A stretch of 64,000 nt of DNA from Octopus vulgaris (lineage: Eukaryota): contig OX597815.1 in the NCBI GenBank assembly GCA_951406725.2, forward strand, positions 86,862,001 to 86,926,000, written 5' to 3'. Both the position numbers and the translations under genes were made by a program. The notes beneath the pieces were generated by a model. That model was not told the DNA's origin. It did not search any database and was given only the letters and a program-made list of their open reading frames with translations. Position 1 is the first letter of the stretch, and the number at the start of each line of letters is the position of its first letter. Shown here piece after piece: positions 27,770-41,232 of this stretch.

Positions 27770-28835
27770 ATTAATAATGAAATTATTGTATACAGTGCTC
27801 AGGTGCACCGCAATTTGTCAAAAGTGCGTATAAAGCATGTGCAGTAATGTACAAATGTCTGGAAAGTGAACAGTGTATGAGTCAGATACATGCTTGCGTG
27901 TGTATGGTGGGGGGAGAAAATCAGGTGTAGTGTTGGCGAATCTCAGGAAGCATGGAAGTTTTAAAGGTTGCAGTGCTCCGACAACTAACAACTGATGTCG
28001 GCAGTTTGTTCCATGCTTCAGCAACTCTTAGCATGAAAAAATGTGTCCGAAAGTCATAGGAGCTGTGCTGTTTTCTGACTTTGTAAACATGTCCATGGGT
28101 GTTAGACAGGTGGAGTTTTAAAAGGTGCTCAGAGTTATTGTTTGTAAGATGGTTAATAATTTTATGGGTGTCTGCCAAGTCAGCTGCCAGACGTCGGAGT
28201 TTCAATGTATTCATGCCCAGGGAGGTAAGGCGTACAGAATATGGCAAATGCCTGATGGAGGGTATTCTCTTGGTTACATGTCGCTGAACGGCTTCCAGAC
28301 GATTAATATCCTGGGCAAGATAGGAGTTCCAGACCGGTGATGCAAATTCCAGGTGAGGTCGCACCATAGCTATATAAAGCCCCAGATAGATAGCCGGAGA
28401 GCGGCTCACAAAGGACTTGGTGAGTGATGCCAGGACACCCTCAGCCTTCTTGGCAATTTTAGCAATGTGTTTTGTCCAACGCAAATCGCTGTCGACAATA
28501 ATGCCCAGATCACGTTCACAAGAAGACGTTTTGAGATTGGTGATTTGGAAGGAGTAAGTAGACGCTGGGTTTTTCCTCCCAAAATGCATGGTGGTACATT
28601 TATCTACAGCCGGCTTGAGTTGCCAGTCCATGATCCACTGCTGCATTGTGTCCAGGTCTGATTGCAATAGGGATCTATAGTGTACAGGATCTGTCCTCTT
28701 TATTTCGAGGTACAGCTTGATGTCATCTGCATAGTTCAGCACTGTGGCATTCTTTAAGTTGGTATCTATGTCATTAACATATGTAACAAATAAAAAGGGA
28801 CCAAGGACAGATCCCTGTGGTACACCAGATGTCAT
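27770..28835 (-). mobile_element. 5'-truncated CR1-type LINE with open RT/C-terminal frame (27921-28835)
   Basis: 304-aa ORF with SGVPQGSVLGPFLF, YADD, ERDLGIIVDSDL, VRPHLEFASPVW, LEAVQR and RVAEAWNKLP. Confidence 0.92.
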
Positions 28836-29664
28836 CTCAAATCGAAAGGCTTATTCGAAAATACCCTAAATAAAAACATTGTATATTTACATAACGTTGA
28901 CCTTATATAATATTTAGCTGTTTCTGCAAGAACTCACTTCTGTCAGATTACAAAGGGGCAGAGTTTCGTAAAATTTCGCAATAAATAGTAATCGGTTACA
29001 CGGGATAACATATAAAGCAACCGTAACATACAGAGAGAACATAGAAGTGAGCTATATTTATACATAACCGAAGCTTGTTTTATCAAGATAGGAAAACATT
29101 TCTATGAGAGAAATTAAGCTAAAAATAAAGTATGAAATATCTAGGAACAAATCATGTGGCATCATGAAGCTCTGAAAACGTATCTTAATTCTTCTCAACG
29201 AGGCTGTAATTCACTAAATAGCTTAGCAATTAAGTTATTTCACCTAAGCACGAACGTGGGTGAAATAAATAGATGGAAAGAATGAATTTGGAATATACCC
29301 ATGTACAGAATAAATATATTAGTTAATAAGTTAGATTTACAATCACGAAGTTCCACTGTCTGGCATCATGAACAAGTCTGCTTTATCATAACCTCAAGAG
29401 TGTAATTTAGTAAACGGAAACTATATGAACACTCGTCGAATAGATTATAACTGGAATTCAATGGACGAACCTCGTCATAAAATGGATAGGTAGTTCTGTT
29501 GAAGTACTGTGTTAGTGGTACACGTATCTAATATACTTAACCACTAGCACGCTAATTCAATGAGATCAGGTAGTTGAGTTGAGCAAAGGACTCAATACCC
29601 ATCATCAGAAACAACAACGTGTTACTCTAAATATAGAGATAGATAGATTGAAAGAGAGAGAAGG

Positions 29665-29698
<34 letters not shown>

Positions 29699-29703
<5 letters not shown>

Positions 29704-29921
29704 AATAAAGAAATGGGGTTAAATGCAGGTATTATTCAAATCTTTATACTTCCGAAATCTGTTTCGAAGAAAACATTGGTATTATTCCAGAGGGAATAAA
29801 ATGATGTAAAACAATGCGATCATCTCGTCCTGGAATAATACCAATGTTTTCTTCGAAACATATGTCGGAAATATAAAGATCTGAATAATACCTGCGTTTA
29901 ACTCAATTTCTTTATTTATCT
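29699..29921. repeat. Inverted repeat, ~92-bp arms, 39-nt spacer
   Basis: 29699-29790 pairs with 29830-29921. This includes the perfect match TGTTTCGAAGAAAACATTGGTATTATTCCAG / CTGGAATAATACCAATGTTTTCTTCGAAACA. Confidence 0.93.
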
Positions 29922-30092
29922 GTTATACAAAAACATTTCACTAAATCCTGGAATTTCCTACTTTTATAAGTAGACTGTAACACCCTTGGTACTTATGTGA
30001 ATTTTTTGCTACCCTGGTAACTATTTATTTATTTTTTCCGTGTTATTTGTACACATTGAAAAAATACACATACATTTACATGTATGAGTACG

Positions 30093-30123
<31 letters not shown>

Positions 30124-30243
30124 ATGTATATATGTATGTATGTGTATGTATATATATATGTGTGTGTTTGTGTGTGTGTGTGTGTGTGTGTATGTATATA
30201 TGTATGTATGTGTATGTATATATATATGTGTGTGTGTGTGTGC

Positions 30244-30334
<91 letters not shown>

Positions 30335-30484
30335 GTTCACAGATGAGATCCAGATATTCTCCGTATAGAAAACACTTATTAGTGGTCAAAAGATTCAAAC
30401 TTAGACTCCGATGGCTTTTACGGGGGGGTCATTATACAGGGTAAAGAACGGCTATAAGAGGGATCAAGTTGAGCGGGTATAGAG

Positions 30485-32009
30485 GCAATTATGCAGATAA
30501 ACAAATTGGAGAGGTCAAGTATATTGAATACATCAAAAACAAAATATTATATATGTATACATGCAAAATTAGGTAGAAACATTCAGATGATGAATTTTTA
30601 TGTATAGATATATAGATATTTATATTAATAGATCCAACTTACATATAGTACAAATGATTGGGAACATTAAAGGGGTAGAGGAATATTATTATAAGTTCAA
30701 CAGTGTTTCTGGGTATTTCGGCGGTCTATAATAAGGTTGGTAGATTTAGTTCATCGCAATATGCGGCTGTATGAATGCCTTTAACATAGGACGAGATGAG
30801 CCTCTGTCATCAGGGTAGAGAAAATCTCACATTTCTGATCTTAATGCAGAGATGTTCAAAGATGGAATGATTAAATGTGGAGAGCTTGGAGTAATAGAGT
30901 GAGGACTGGTAGGTATGAAGACAGAGAATGGTGTGAGGAGAAAGGATAGTTCAAGAAGAGGAGGGATTAATAATGAGGCTCTTAGGGGAGTAATAGTCGA
31001 GATGGAGAGTAGGAAGATGAATAGGAGAGTGGAGTAGATAATATTTGAATGGTTGTGCTGAGTTTGTTAACGTTTGGGGATAAAAGATATAGAAATATTG
31101 GTTGAGCTAGTGAGAGATGGAGTGGTAATTATTTGAGGGAAGTAAAGTGTCTAGTTCAGTGGAAGGGAGAGATTACTAAGGTATGTAGAAAGGTATGAGA
31201 GGAAATAGAGGTGTGCAGAGTGGGGGTGAGTTGGTGATCAAGATAGCAGTGGTTAGTGGGATAATGAATGTGGGTTGGTATTGGAGGGGGAGTACTATGG
31301 TATGCAGAAGTATATGAAATTGAATAGAAAGAAGAGAATAGGGGGAGGGGTTGACAGGTTAGTATCCAAATAAGTTGGGTAGTATTAAGTGCTTTTGGTT
31401 GAGGAAGAGAAATGAGAGAAGACCACTTGTGAGGGTGGGAAGGCTGTGAGGGAAGTGGGATGTAGCTGGTTAGAGGAATTGCAAAGGTAACAATGGGAAA
31501 GGACAGTTTAATAAAGAAGGGTGGTATTAGTTGAGATGTTAAGTTGCTAAACCTACGTTGTCGTAGTTCAAGGTGAATTTTAATTAAGGATACTTATAGT
31601 GACGGGATTACATAGATTTAATATAATGCATAAATGATGAATAGAACCTGTATTTACAAGACAGTATTACATCTGAGAATCTATTTCGTAATGATGGGCT
31701 GTGATAGCGAAGAATGCTTAGCGATTCTCTTCAACATGGTTTACACATACCGGTGTTTGCGTTGTATGAGGGAGCCTCACTTACGATGAACCAAGATAGG
31801 GTATAGGGAACATTTTGAGATTTCTCTATCATTTGTACTCTGTGTAAGTTGTACTTATTAATATAAATATCTATATATTCATTCATAAAAATTCATCATC
31901 TGAAAGTTTCCACCTCGTTTTGCATGTATACGCACATACATATTTTGTATTTGATCTATTTAATATATTAATTCATTTGATCTGTCTAATTTGTTTATCC
32001 CCATAATTG

Positions 32010-32010
<1 letters not shown>
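30485..32010 (-). mobile_element. Penelope-like element remnant (GIY-YIG C-terminus + 3' region) bracketed by ~180-bp inverted repeats
   Basis: Minus 31625-31817 translates QNVPYTLSWFIVSEAPSYNANTGMCKPC*RESLSIL...LRNRFSDVILSCKYR, which fits the PLE pattern W.I...A.PY.....C.LC..E...I....LN.R.E....CRH. 30485-30664 is an inverted copy of 31821-32010. Confidence 0.7.
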
Positions 32011-32069
<59 letters not shown>

Positions 32070-32090
32070 TAGATAGATAGATAGATAGAT

Positions 32091-32709
<619 letters not shown>

Positions 32710-32952
32710 GTTATTGTTGTATTTCGGAATGGACATTTCTTTTTTGCCAAATAAACACACACACTATATATTTTTCTTTTCTTCACTGGTTTATTACTGT
32801 TCTTATTTTATTATTTTAACTCGTGTCCATTGTTTGGAAATCTTTCGTCACACATCTGCGACTTCTTCAGCGACACTTTTTATTTTCGGATGTGCTCCTG
32901 CTCTATTTACTTCATTTTGTTCTTCTAAGATGTGTATCCTTATGTGTGCATG

Positions 32953-32997
<45 letters not shown>

Positions 32998-33552
32998 GTA
33001 TGTGTATGTATGCTTGTGTACGGGTCATAGTTTTTAGCAGCAGTGTGGTCTTCCCCTCACCCCCATCCTCCCACCCCATAGTATGACAGGGTCAGCCTAG
33101 CAACTCACCACCTCAACTAATACCACCCTTCTTATTAAACTGTTCTTTCCCATCGTTACCTTTGCAATTCGTCTAACCAGCTACATCCCACTTCCCCCAC
33201 AACCTTCCCACCCTCAGAAGTGGTCTTCTCTCATTTCTCCTCCTCAACCGAAAGCACTTCATACTACCCCACCCATTTGGCTACTAACCTGTCAATCCTT
33301 CCCTCTCTCTATTCACGTCTTTCTATTCAATATTATGTATTTTATTTGTGTGTGCGTGAGCGTGTATGTATATATGTATATGTATACATGTGTGCATGTC
33401 GGTGTATGAAACGATGTGTACATTCCTAGTTACCGCGTTCCTGTACCTTACAACGTAGACGCTCGCTAGGGAAAGTTTTGTCTCGGAAAAAATTTATTCT
33501 TATGCATATTGTGTGTAAAAACACATTGATTATGGCTCTGAAGCAGAACAGA

Positions 33553-33598
33553 CTGTCAGGGACATGTTTCGGCGTGATGAAGCCTTCTCAGCGACAGA
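33553..33598 (-). ncRNA. Degenerate hammerhead ribozyme motif
   Basis: Minus strand: ctgtcg-CTGA(-)GA-a-GGC-ttcatcac-GCC-GAAA-CATG-TC-cctgacag. One core nucleotide is missing. Stem III is the palindrome ACATGT and stem I is ctgtc/gacag. Confidence 0.45.
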
Positions 33599-33782
33599 CG
33601 CCGTCAAAACTTCTGTTCACATAATTAAATAGCAAAAAATATTTGCTGAGGTTTTTTGAAGCTCTGATTAAATTAGCATATCTACACCTATTAATGATGA
33701 TAGAAATAACGATATGTACATTTATATTTAATACATTCGATTCTTCATGTAGTGTACGTATGCGTGTGTGTGTGTGTGTGTG

Positions 33783-34160
33783 AGGAGGCGCAATGGTCCA
33801 GTGGTTGGGAAGCGGATTCGCGGTTGTAAGACTGCAGATTCGATTCCCAGGTCGGACGTTGTGAGTGTTTATTGAGCGAAAACATCTAAAGTCCACGAGG
33901 CTCCGGCAGGGGCTCATGGCGAACCCTGCTGTACTCTTTCTCTACAACTTTCTCTTACTCTTTCTTCCTGTTTCTGTTATACCTGTATTTCAAAGGGCCA
34001 ACCTTTTCACACTCTGTGTCACACTGAATCTCCCTGAGAACTACGTTAAGGGTACACGAGTATGTAGAGTGCTCAGCCACTTGCACGTTAATTTCACGAG
34101 CGGGCTGTTCCGTTGATCGGATCAACTAGAACCCTCGTTGTCGTAACCGACGGAGTGCCA
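33783..34160 (+). mobile_element. tRNA-derived SINE (head H2 + tail T1)
   Basis: TGGTCCAGTGGTTGG A-box and ATTCGATTCCC B-box. The 3' half matches 1111-1290 in reverse complement. Confidence 0.8.
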
Positions 34161-34184
34161 TGATATATATATATATATATATAT

Positions 34185-34256
<72 letters not shown>

Positions 34257-35110
34257 TTTGCTTTGTATACATTTGTATATGTTATTTAATATACATGTAT
34301 GTGTGCAAGTGAATGCGTATATCTGTTTGTATGTATATACTTTACTAAGTCTAATTATGCTGTACCATGGAGTGTATTACTTATTACTTTCTCCTATAGT
34401 CAAGTATATATGTTCTGAAGAAGCTGATTCCATGTTAAGCACTTTGAAAAAATCTTGTCTCGTAAGTCTGTTTCATTCGGTCTGTTTTAAATGTACCTGT
34501 CTTCTTGCACATTTGTCTGTTCTGTGCAGTCTTATATTCAACCCTGAAATTGCCTTTTCAGATCGCATAAGGAGAGATACAACTCTCGGAGTAAAATGTT
34601 GGTATAGCCAAAAACTTACTAGAGGTAAGATTACACGAACTCCCTCTGTATGGTGCATCAAAGATTAACGTTTCCTGTTTATTATTTCTCTATATAAACT
34701 TATGTTGTATCTCCAAGTTATTTATATTTTTCTTGAAAATCACTTCGATGAGAATAATTGTGATGCAGCCGATAAAGAACTTGTAGGTTTTATTCACAAG
34801 TACATGATATATACATGTGGGTATGGAAATATGAAATGAATTTTCAATAAGGTAACATACATGTGGTTTAATAAACAAATTTTTAGCATGGCCTGTCACT
34901 GCGAATAGTCCCATGTTCTCTACAGAACAAAAATAATAGGCAGGTTCGAATCTGATTAAACGTGTATGTGCAGTAAGAATGTACAAAATATTAATTATAT
35001 TACTAAAGAAAAAAAAAGAAGAGAAAATGGATAGATAGATAGATAGAAAGATAGATAGATAGATAGATAGATGGATGAATAGATAGATATACACAGATAG
35101 ATAGATAGAT

Positions 35111-38012
35111 ATGTTTCTTTATTAGCCACACAGGGCTGCACACAGATAGAACAAATTACAAGGTAGAGCTTTTCTTTTGACGGTTTAAAAAAAAAAAAAA
35201 AAAAAAAGGAAGGGGGAGTTTCGATCAAAAGGGATCGTAAAAGGAGAGAAAGAGGACAAAAAAAAGGGGGGTTAAAAAAAGGGGGAGAGGGAAAAAAAAA
35301 ATTTGATCAATAGGGATCGTTATCACAGAAATGTCAATATGAAGTGTAAAGGGAGGACAGGTGAGGTACAAAGAAAAGCCTGAAAAGACCACGGTAACTC
35401 GGTCAATGGAGTCACATTCATACGTCTCTGTTTTCAATTTCATTCTTGCTTCGTCACATTTCACCACCCATCTTTTTTTAAAACATTCGCTAGACAAAAC
35501 TTGCCTCTCTACTCTCACTTTCCTTTTCAAGTGGTACTTGAAGAAGTTGATGAGAGATTGACCAGAGAGGAAAGTGTTTGTCTCCAATCCTTTCAGACGC
35601 GTCCACCAGATACATTCTTTCGCCATAGCCACAAGGATGATGAAAATAGCTCTTCCTTCCCGTTTGAAGGAGGGAGGCGTGACAATATTGACGATAGACT
35701 CAGCTGATAAACCGACTCGTCCCACACGTGACAGCAGTTGTTCGACACAAGCCCACAGGTCGGAAATTGTTGGACACTGCACGAGTGCGTGCAGAACGGT
35801 TTCGTCGCTCTGACCGCATCACGGGCAGGTCGGCCCCGTGTTTCTCGAGCCGTGTCTGTAGAGCTTATCCCGAACGGGTAGCGCTTCTCGGTAGCACTGC
35901 CAGGCCAGGGATCTCTGGAAGTTGTCCATGGGCCCTGGCCCGAAAGTCGTCCTGAACAGGCGGGTCAGGTACTCCTCGTCGACGTCCAGGTTCGCCCCGA
36001 GCTCGTCGTCGTACCTCCCCTCCACTAAACCCCTATAGAATGCTTTGGTTGTGTTGAAGTCACTCAAGGTCGACCCAGGACGGCAGAGTTGCTTGAGAGC
36101 AACGCGACACTCGCGGTGCCATTCGCCCTTCTTCGGCCTCTTTTTGATCCACGACTGCAGTTCGGTCATGGAGACGAGCTGCGGGAAAGCGTGCCTCACA
36201 AACGGCGACCACACCTGTTCACCGTCGTCTACATAGAGCCAGAGATGTCGCAGTCTCAGCGAGTGTCTGCGCATCATCAACCACGGCATGCCCAGCCCTC
36301 CTTTTAACGGGTGTTGACAGCAAATGGATCGCCTGACCATCGGGACGCATCCTTTCCACAAGAAGCGAAAGAGAATGCGTTGTAGTTTGGTGATGGTAGG
36401 GTCGGGACAAGGTACGACGGTCAGGCGGTAGTAGATGACGGACGCGATGTACGTGTTCCTCACCTCCGCCCGACCTTTTAGGGACAGTTTCCTCTCGGCC
36501 CATTGCCGGGCGAGAGTGACCACCCTACTCGTTATCTCGTTCCAGTTCTTCTCCACTTGGAGGTCCGGACCAAACCAGACCCCGAGCAACTCAACCGGTC
36601 CGTCGGTCCAGCGTCCCACGACGGAGGCGCTGGTGGACGGCATGGGCTTGCTTCTCCAGGTGCCGAGTCGCAAGCCCACTGACTTTTCCCGGTTGATTTT
36701 TGCTCCTGTCACCGCTTCGTAGTTTTTCAGTGTCTCGCCGACCTGCTCGATGTGCTCGTGGCTAGACACTATGACGGTGACGTCGTCCGCGTATGCAGAC
36801 ACGCTCGTCCCGCATCCCAGTTCTCGCCCGATGCCTCTCAAGGTTGCCAGCTTCCGCAATAATGGCTCGAGAGTCAATACGTATAGAAGCGACGAGAGGG
36901 GGCATCCCTGACGGACCGAACGTGCGATGTCGAAGGGTCTCGATAGATGTCCATTCACGCGAATTACCGAACGGATGCCTCTGTACAAAGCGGCTATCCA
37001 GCCGCGGAAGACGGGACCGAAGCCAGCCGCTCCGAGGACCGCCTCCAAGTATCGATGGTCCACCCTATCGAAAGCTTTCGATTGATCCAAATTGATCAGC
37101 GCCCCACCCATGCCAGGTTCGTTAACTACCCTGTCTATGATGTAGCGCATCAGGTGGAGGTTGTCATGGATGGTCCGGCCTGGCACGGCGCATGTTTGCG
37201 CCCTGTCGACCAGTTTCTCGATGACAAGCGCCAACCTCTGGGCTAGCACCTTGGCCAAAATTTTCAAGTCTGCATTAAGCAGAGTGATGGGCCTAAAGTT
37301 ATCTATTACATTTCCCTTGTTTAGATCTTTCTTCAGCAGTGTTACGGCTCCTCGGCTCACAAAACCAGGAATGCTCCCGTTTTGCTGCCAGTTGCAGTAC
37401 ACCGCCGCCAAGAGATCTCCAAACAAGTCTGGCATACAATTGTAAAGCTCGTAGGGTAGACCATCCAAACCCGGTGATTTGTCCCCCGAGCATTCTGCCA
37501 TCGCTTCCTGCACTTCCGCCGCCGTGATGGCACCTTCGCAGCACCCTGCCTTTCTTGTCGAGAGTCGTGGTAGGCTATGTAGGTAGGCACTGAAGTCCAC
37601 CCTACGTTTTTGCCCTCCACTCGTTCCGAACAGTCGGGCAAAATGCTGCTGAAAGGCCTCACACATTTTACTTGGCTCGAGCAATTCGCGCCCCTGTTCA
37701 TCTACCAGGGACCGAATGGTGGTTTTGTTGCCCTGTTGCGCCTCTGCCACCCGGGCCTCTCTCGCGGCTCCAACACCTTCGTTCCTTAGAGCACGCATCC
37801 TAGCTCTGACAGCACATCCTTCGTGTTTGGCGTTGAAGTGTTGGTCGAGGGGCAACCTCGCCGCCAAAACGTCGGATGCGATGCCGCTTCTAATTGCCTC
37901 TTCTAGCTTCTTAACTAGCTCACCCTCTACTCTATTTCTATCTATGGCTAGTGCTTTGCTGTACCTAATCGCTTCTGCTTTTACTGCTCTCTTGAGGGCA
38001 AACCACCATTTG
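35111..38012 (-). mobile_element. Young 5'-truncated Tx1/L1-clade non-LTR retrotransposon (RT + CCHC knuckle), within (GATA)n
   Basis: Long open frame with KSPGLDGLPYELY, NFRPITLLNADLKILAK, QTCAVPGRTIHDNL, LDQSKAFDRVDH, VRQGCPLS and AYADDV. It continues in frame past one stop into CP*CGQSDETVLHALVQC. No endonuclease is present (truncated). AATAAA lies near the 3' end. Confidence 0.93.
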
Positions 38013-38085
<73 letters not shown>

Positions 38086-38121
38086 GGATGGATGGATGGA
38101 TGGATGGATGGATGGATGGAT

Positions 38122-38206
<85 letters not shown>

Positions 38207-38999
38207 CATCTTGGTAAACGCACTTTGAGGGTGTATTTCGTGCATATGAATGTATTAAACTCATACATTTACATGAAAATGTACTTTTTAAGAAACATAC
38301 CACACGAACTACTGATGAATAGGGAACTCCGGCAACTATAGTGCTTTTTAGTATGAAGTTACTGCTTCCTCCTTTATTAAGACAATAATGCTTATTACAA
38401 AAACCGAAATTTAAAATTTTACAAACGAAATCTCCATAGTAAAATTATAAAATGGAAATTGTCTAACATTCATTCTTTTATCAAATGCAATACAATACAG
38501 AGAATTACTAATAATATTAGTTGATATATTTCGCTACTAAATGTGTAAATGTATAGCAACACATATCCATGTGTATCAACATTGATACACACGTGAACAT
38601 ATAAACACTATATACATCCAAACAGATAAATATCTATATCTATTGATCGCAAGATCACGACTTTATTTCCATCAGCCTCACTGACTCCCATGAATTAGTT
38701 TCGATTGAACTTAATACAGAAAACGTTCATTTCAGTAGGGAGACAGTATCCAATCTGCAATTTCAAACTTCACGATCCACGAGAGTGTAGTATATGAAAT
38801 TAGAAGTGTGTACGTGTGTGTGTGTTTGTGTGTGTATTTATGTTTAGATATTTATTGGACTGTAGAAGAATAGTGCTCATAACCTTTGGAGACCTTCCAT
38901 GAGTGGTGAATTGTCGTTGTTATTCATTCGAAGAAATACATGAATTGAAGAAATTTCAAATATTTTGCATTTATGGAAATGGAGTAGAGAGGACTAGGA

Positions 39000-39480
39000 T
39001 GAAAATGAATGCGTCTGATGGGTTGGGGAGTGGAGACATATAACTTGCTACTTCAGAAAATTCTGGTAATCTATTAACAGCGTAAGAAACAGAAAGGAAA
39101 CGTCTGCGTTGGATGGTTGCAGCATATTAATAAATGAGTTATTGCCAATCCAAAAATCAGTCAAATTTTCATAGAATTCGGTTTCAGTTGTTTGTGCGTC
39201 CAGCAACACCACCTCCCAAAAGATCTAAATAGTATCCCATTTATCTTAACTCTGTTTCATATAGGGTCAGCAACTGTTCAATAAGTAAAACTGAAACACA
39301 GACTGTATACTGTTATAAATGTGAGTCAGAAATGTGAGATCATCAGTGATTGTCAGTTCAAATATTTGTAAACACTGAGAATTTTAGTTGTGTATCATTC
39401 ATGAGTAAGAACAGTGTGGTGATGAAGGATTGTATTCTTGCTTTATGTGCTGACGGTGTTTTAGAGATGTTAACTGAGGA
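39000..39480 (-). mobile_element. Old CR1-group LINE remnant
   Basis: Minus strand gives EQLLTLYETELR*MGYY..., NMLQP..RR and FHP, echoing CR1 C-terminal motifs. Heavily decayed. Confidence 0.45.
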
Positions 39481-40209
39481 TCCTCCCATTTGAATATGTT
39501 GCATCTGGTTCGGAACTTCCAACAGTTTCATCCTTCTATTCTCTACTACAGTATTTTAGTACCTAGTAATTCAAATCACAACTTCTGTTCCAGTCATCTT
39601 TTGCCCAAGTTACAGACGGAAGAATTAATATTTGTTAGACATAATCATCAGTGTTTTAATATTTTTTAATATTTAATATTTTTTCATGTATGACAACCGT
39701 TTCTTTGTTACTCTTGCATAAGATAACAAGTCTGATGTCATTTCACTAGGACTTAATTTTTTAGTGCCTTTGTTTTCATCATTTGTTGTTAAGGAGGAGA
39801 CATATTTTTCAAGAATCTAGATGGTAGTTTAACCAACCATATCGTTGCTTTATTTTATTACCTAATCTCATAAAAACTAAATTCTGTATTTATATATTTA
39901 TACCGCATTATCTTTCATTTTTCTGAAATCTTCTGCATTTTTTTATTCCACTAATTTTGCTAACATACACCCTTACTTTCTGCTCTTTTGGGAACAGATT
40001 GTTTTCTTCTAGAAATCTGCCTATTCTCCGTTACATTATTTCAGCTAAGGCTTTGTAAGTTGTAGGTAGACATCTTATGGGTTTGTAGCTTTGTGGGTTT
40101 AATGTCTCAGTGGATTTAGGAATTAAAATGGTGAAAATACAGTGAAAATACCAAGACTAAAACAAACCACAGCATATACCCAAGGCATACAGACATGCGC
40201 TCGGCAGTG

Positions 40210-40487
40210 CAGTAAAAGCATTTGATACCTGGAAATGCACGAGTAAGAAAGAGCTGGAAAAGATTGAAAAGTACAAGCTACAAAAAGACGAAATTATACG
40301 AATGTGGGCAGTGAAGACAGTAACTAACATCCCAATAGGAGCACTGGGAGTACTAACAGCGAGGACTTTCACATTGATACTCAGGTGTTAAATATCGTGA
40401 AAAGAGATCCTGTGAGACCTTTGACAACACATTGTTGTCCGCTCTTACAGAATTACAGAAAAATCGAGAGCTCTGAGAAGATAGAAA
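40210..40487 (+). mobile_element. 3' end of R4/Dong-like element ending at a (TAG)n array
   Basis: Translation IPGNARVR..ELEKIEKYKLQKDEIIRMWAVKTVTNIPIGALGVL fits the R4 pattern KE.EKIEKY..L..EI.RMW...V..P...GALG. Confidence 0.7.
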
Positions 40488-40520
<33 letters not shown>

Positions 40521-40548
40521 CAGCAGCAGCAGCAGCAGCAGCAATAGC

Positions 40549-40614
<66 letters not shown>

Positions 40615-40808
40615 GGTGGTGGTAGTGGTGATGGTGATGGTGGTGGTGGTGGTGGCGGCGGCGGCGGTAGCGGCGGCGTCTGCAGCGGCGGCGTCTGCAG
40701 CGGCGGCGGCTGCAGCGGCGGCGGCTGCAGCGGCGGCGGCTGCAGCGGCGGCGGCTGCAGCGGCGGCGGCTGCAGCGGCGGCGGCGCAGCGGCGCCGATG
40801 ATGATGAT
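40488..40808. repeat. Compound trinucleotide repeat (TAG/CAG/TGG/CGG) grading into a 15-bp GC-rich minisatellite
   Basis: Read directly. The unit GCGGCGGCTGCAGCG is repeated about 7 times at ~40670-40790. Confidence 0.95.
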
Positions 40809-40855
40809 AACGGCGATATTGATGGACTCTCTCGTCGAAGACGTATGAGTGTTCA

Positions 40856-41092
40856 GCTTTTGCCTAACGACTTACACTGATAGCGATCGAACGTATGTAC
40901 TGTATATGTACTGCACAGTAGCACACTCCCTCCATCAAATCGATGTTGCACAGCGTACCACACGTCAGGTGTCGAAGTGAACGCTGAGCAGCGTGAGATG
41001 AAGTGTTTTTGTTGAAGAACACAACGCACAACCTGACTAGGAACTGAAGCCACGATCTCGTGGTCGTGAGTGCAACACCCTAACCACTAGGC
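40856..41092 (-). mobile_element. tRNA-derived SINE (H1-like head, different tail)
   Basis: CCTAGTGGTTAGGGTGTTGCACTCACGACC head on the minus strand, followed by the shared AAACACTTCATCTCACG segment. Confidence 0.65.
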
Positions 41093-41143
<51 letters not shown>

Positions 41144-41162
41144 GATGATGATGATGATGATG

Positions 41163-41232
<70 letters not shown>

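Noticed and set aside
38013-38245. N-terminal 'MHEIHP...SIYLSIYL' extension of the 808-aa ORF
   Set aside because: It is read-through of the flanking (TATC)n microsatellite, not part of the retrotransposon protein.
40670-40790. CRISPR-like or coding poly-Ala repeat
   Set aside because: Tandem units without unique spacers in eukaryotic repeat context; it is a minisatellite.
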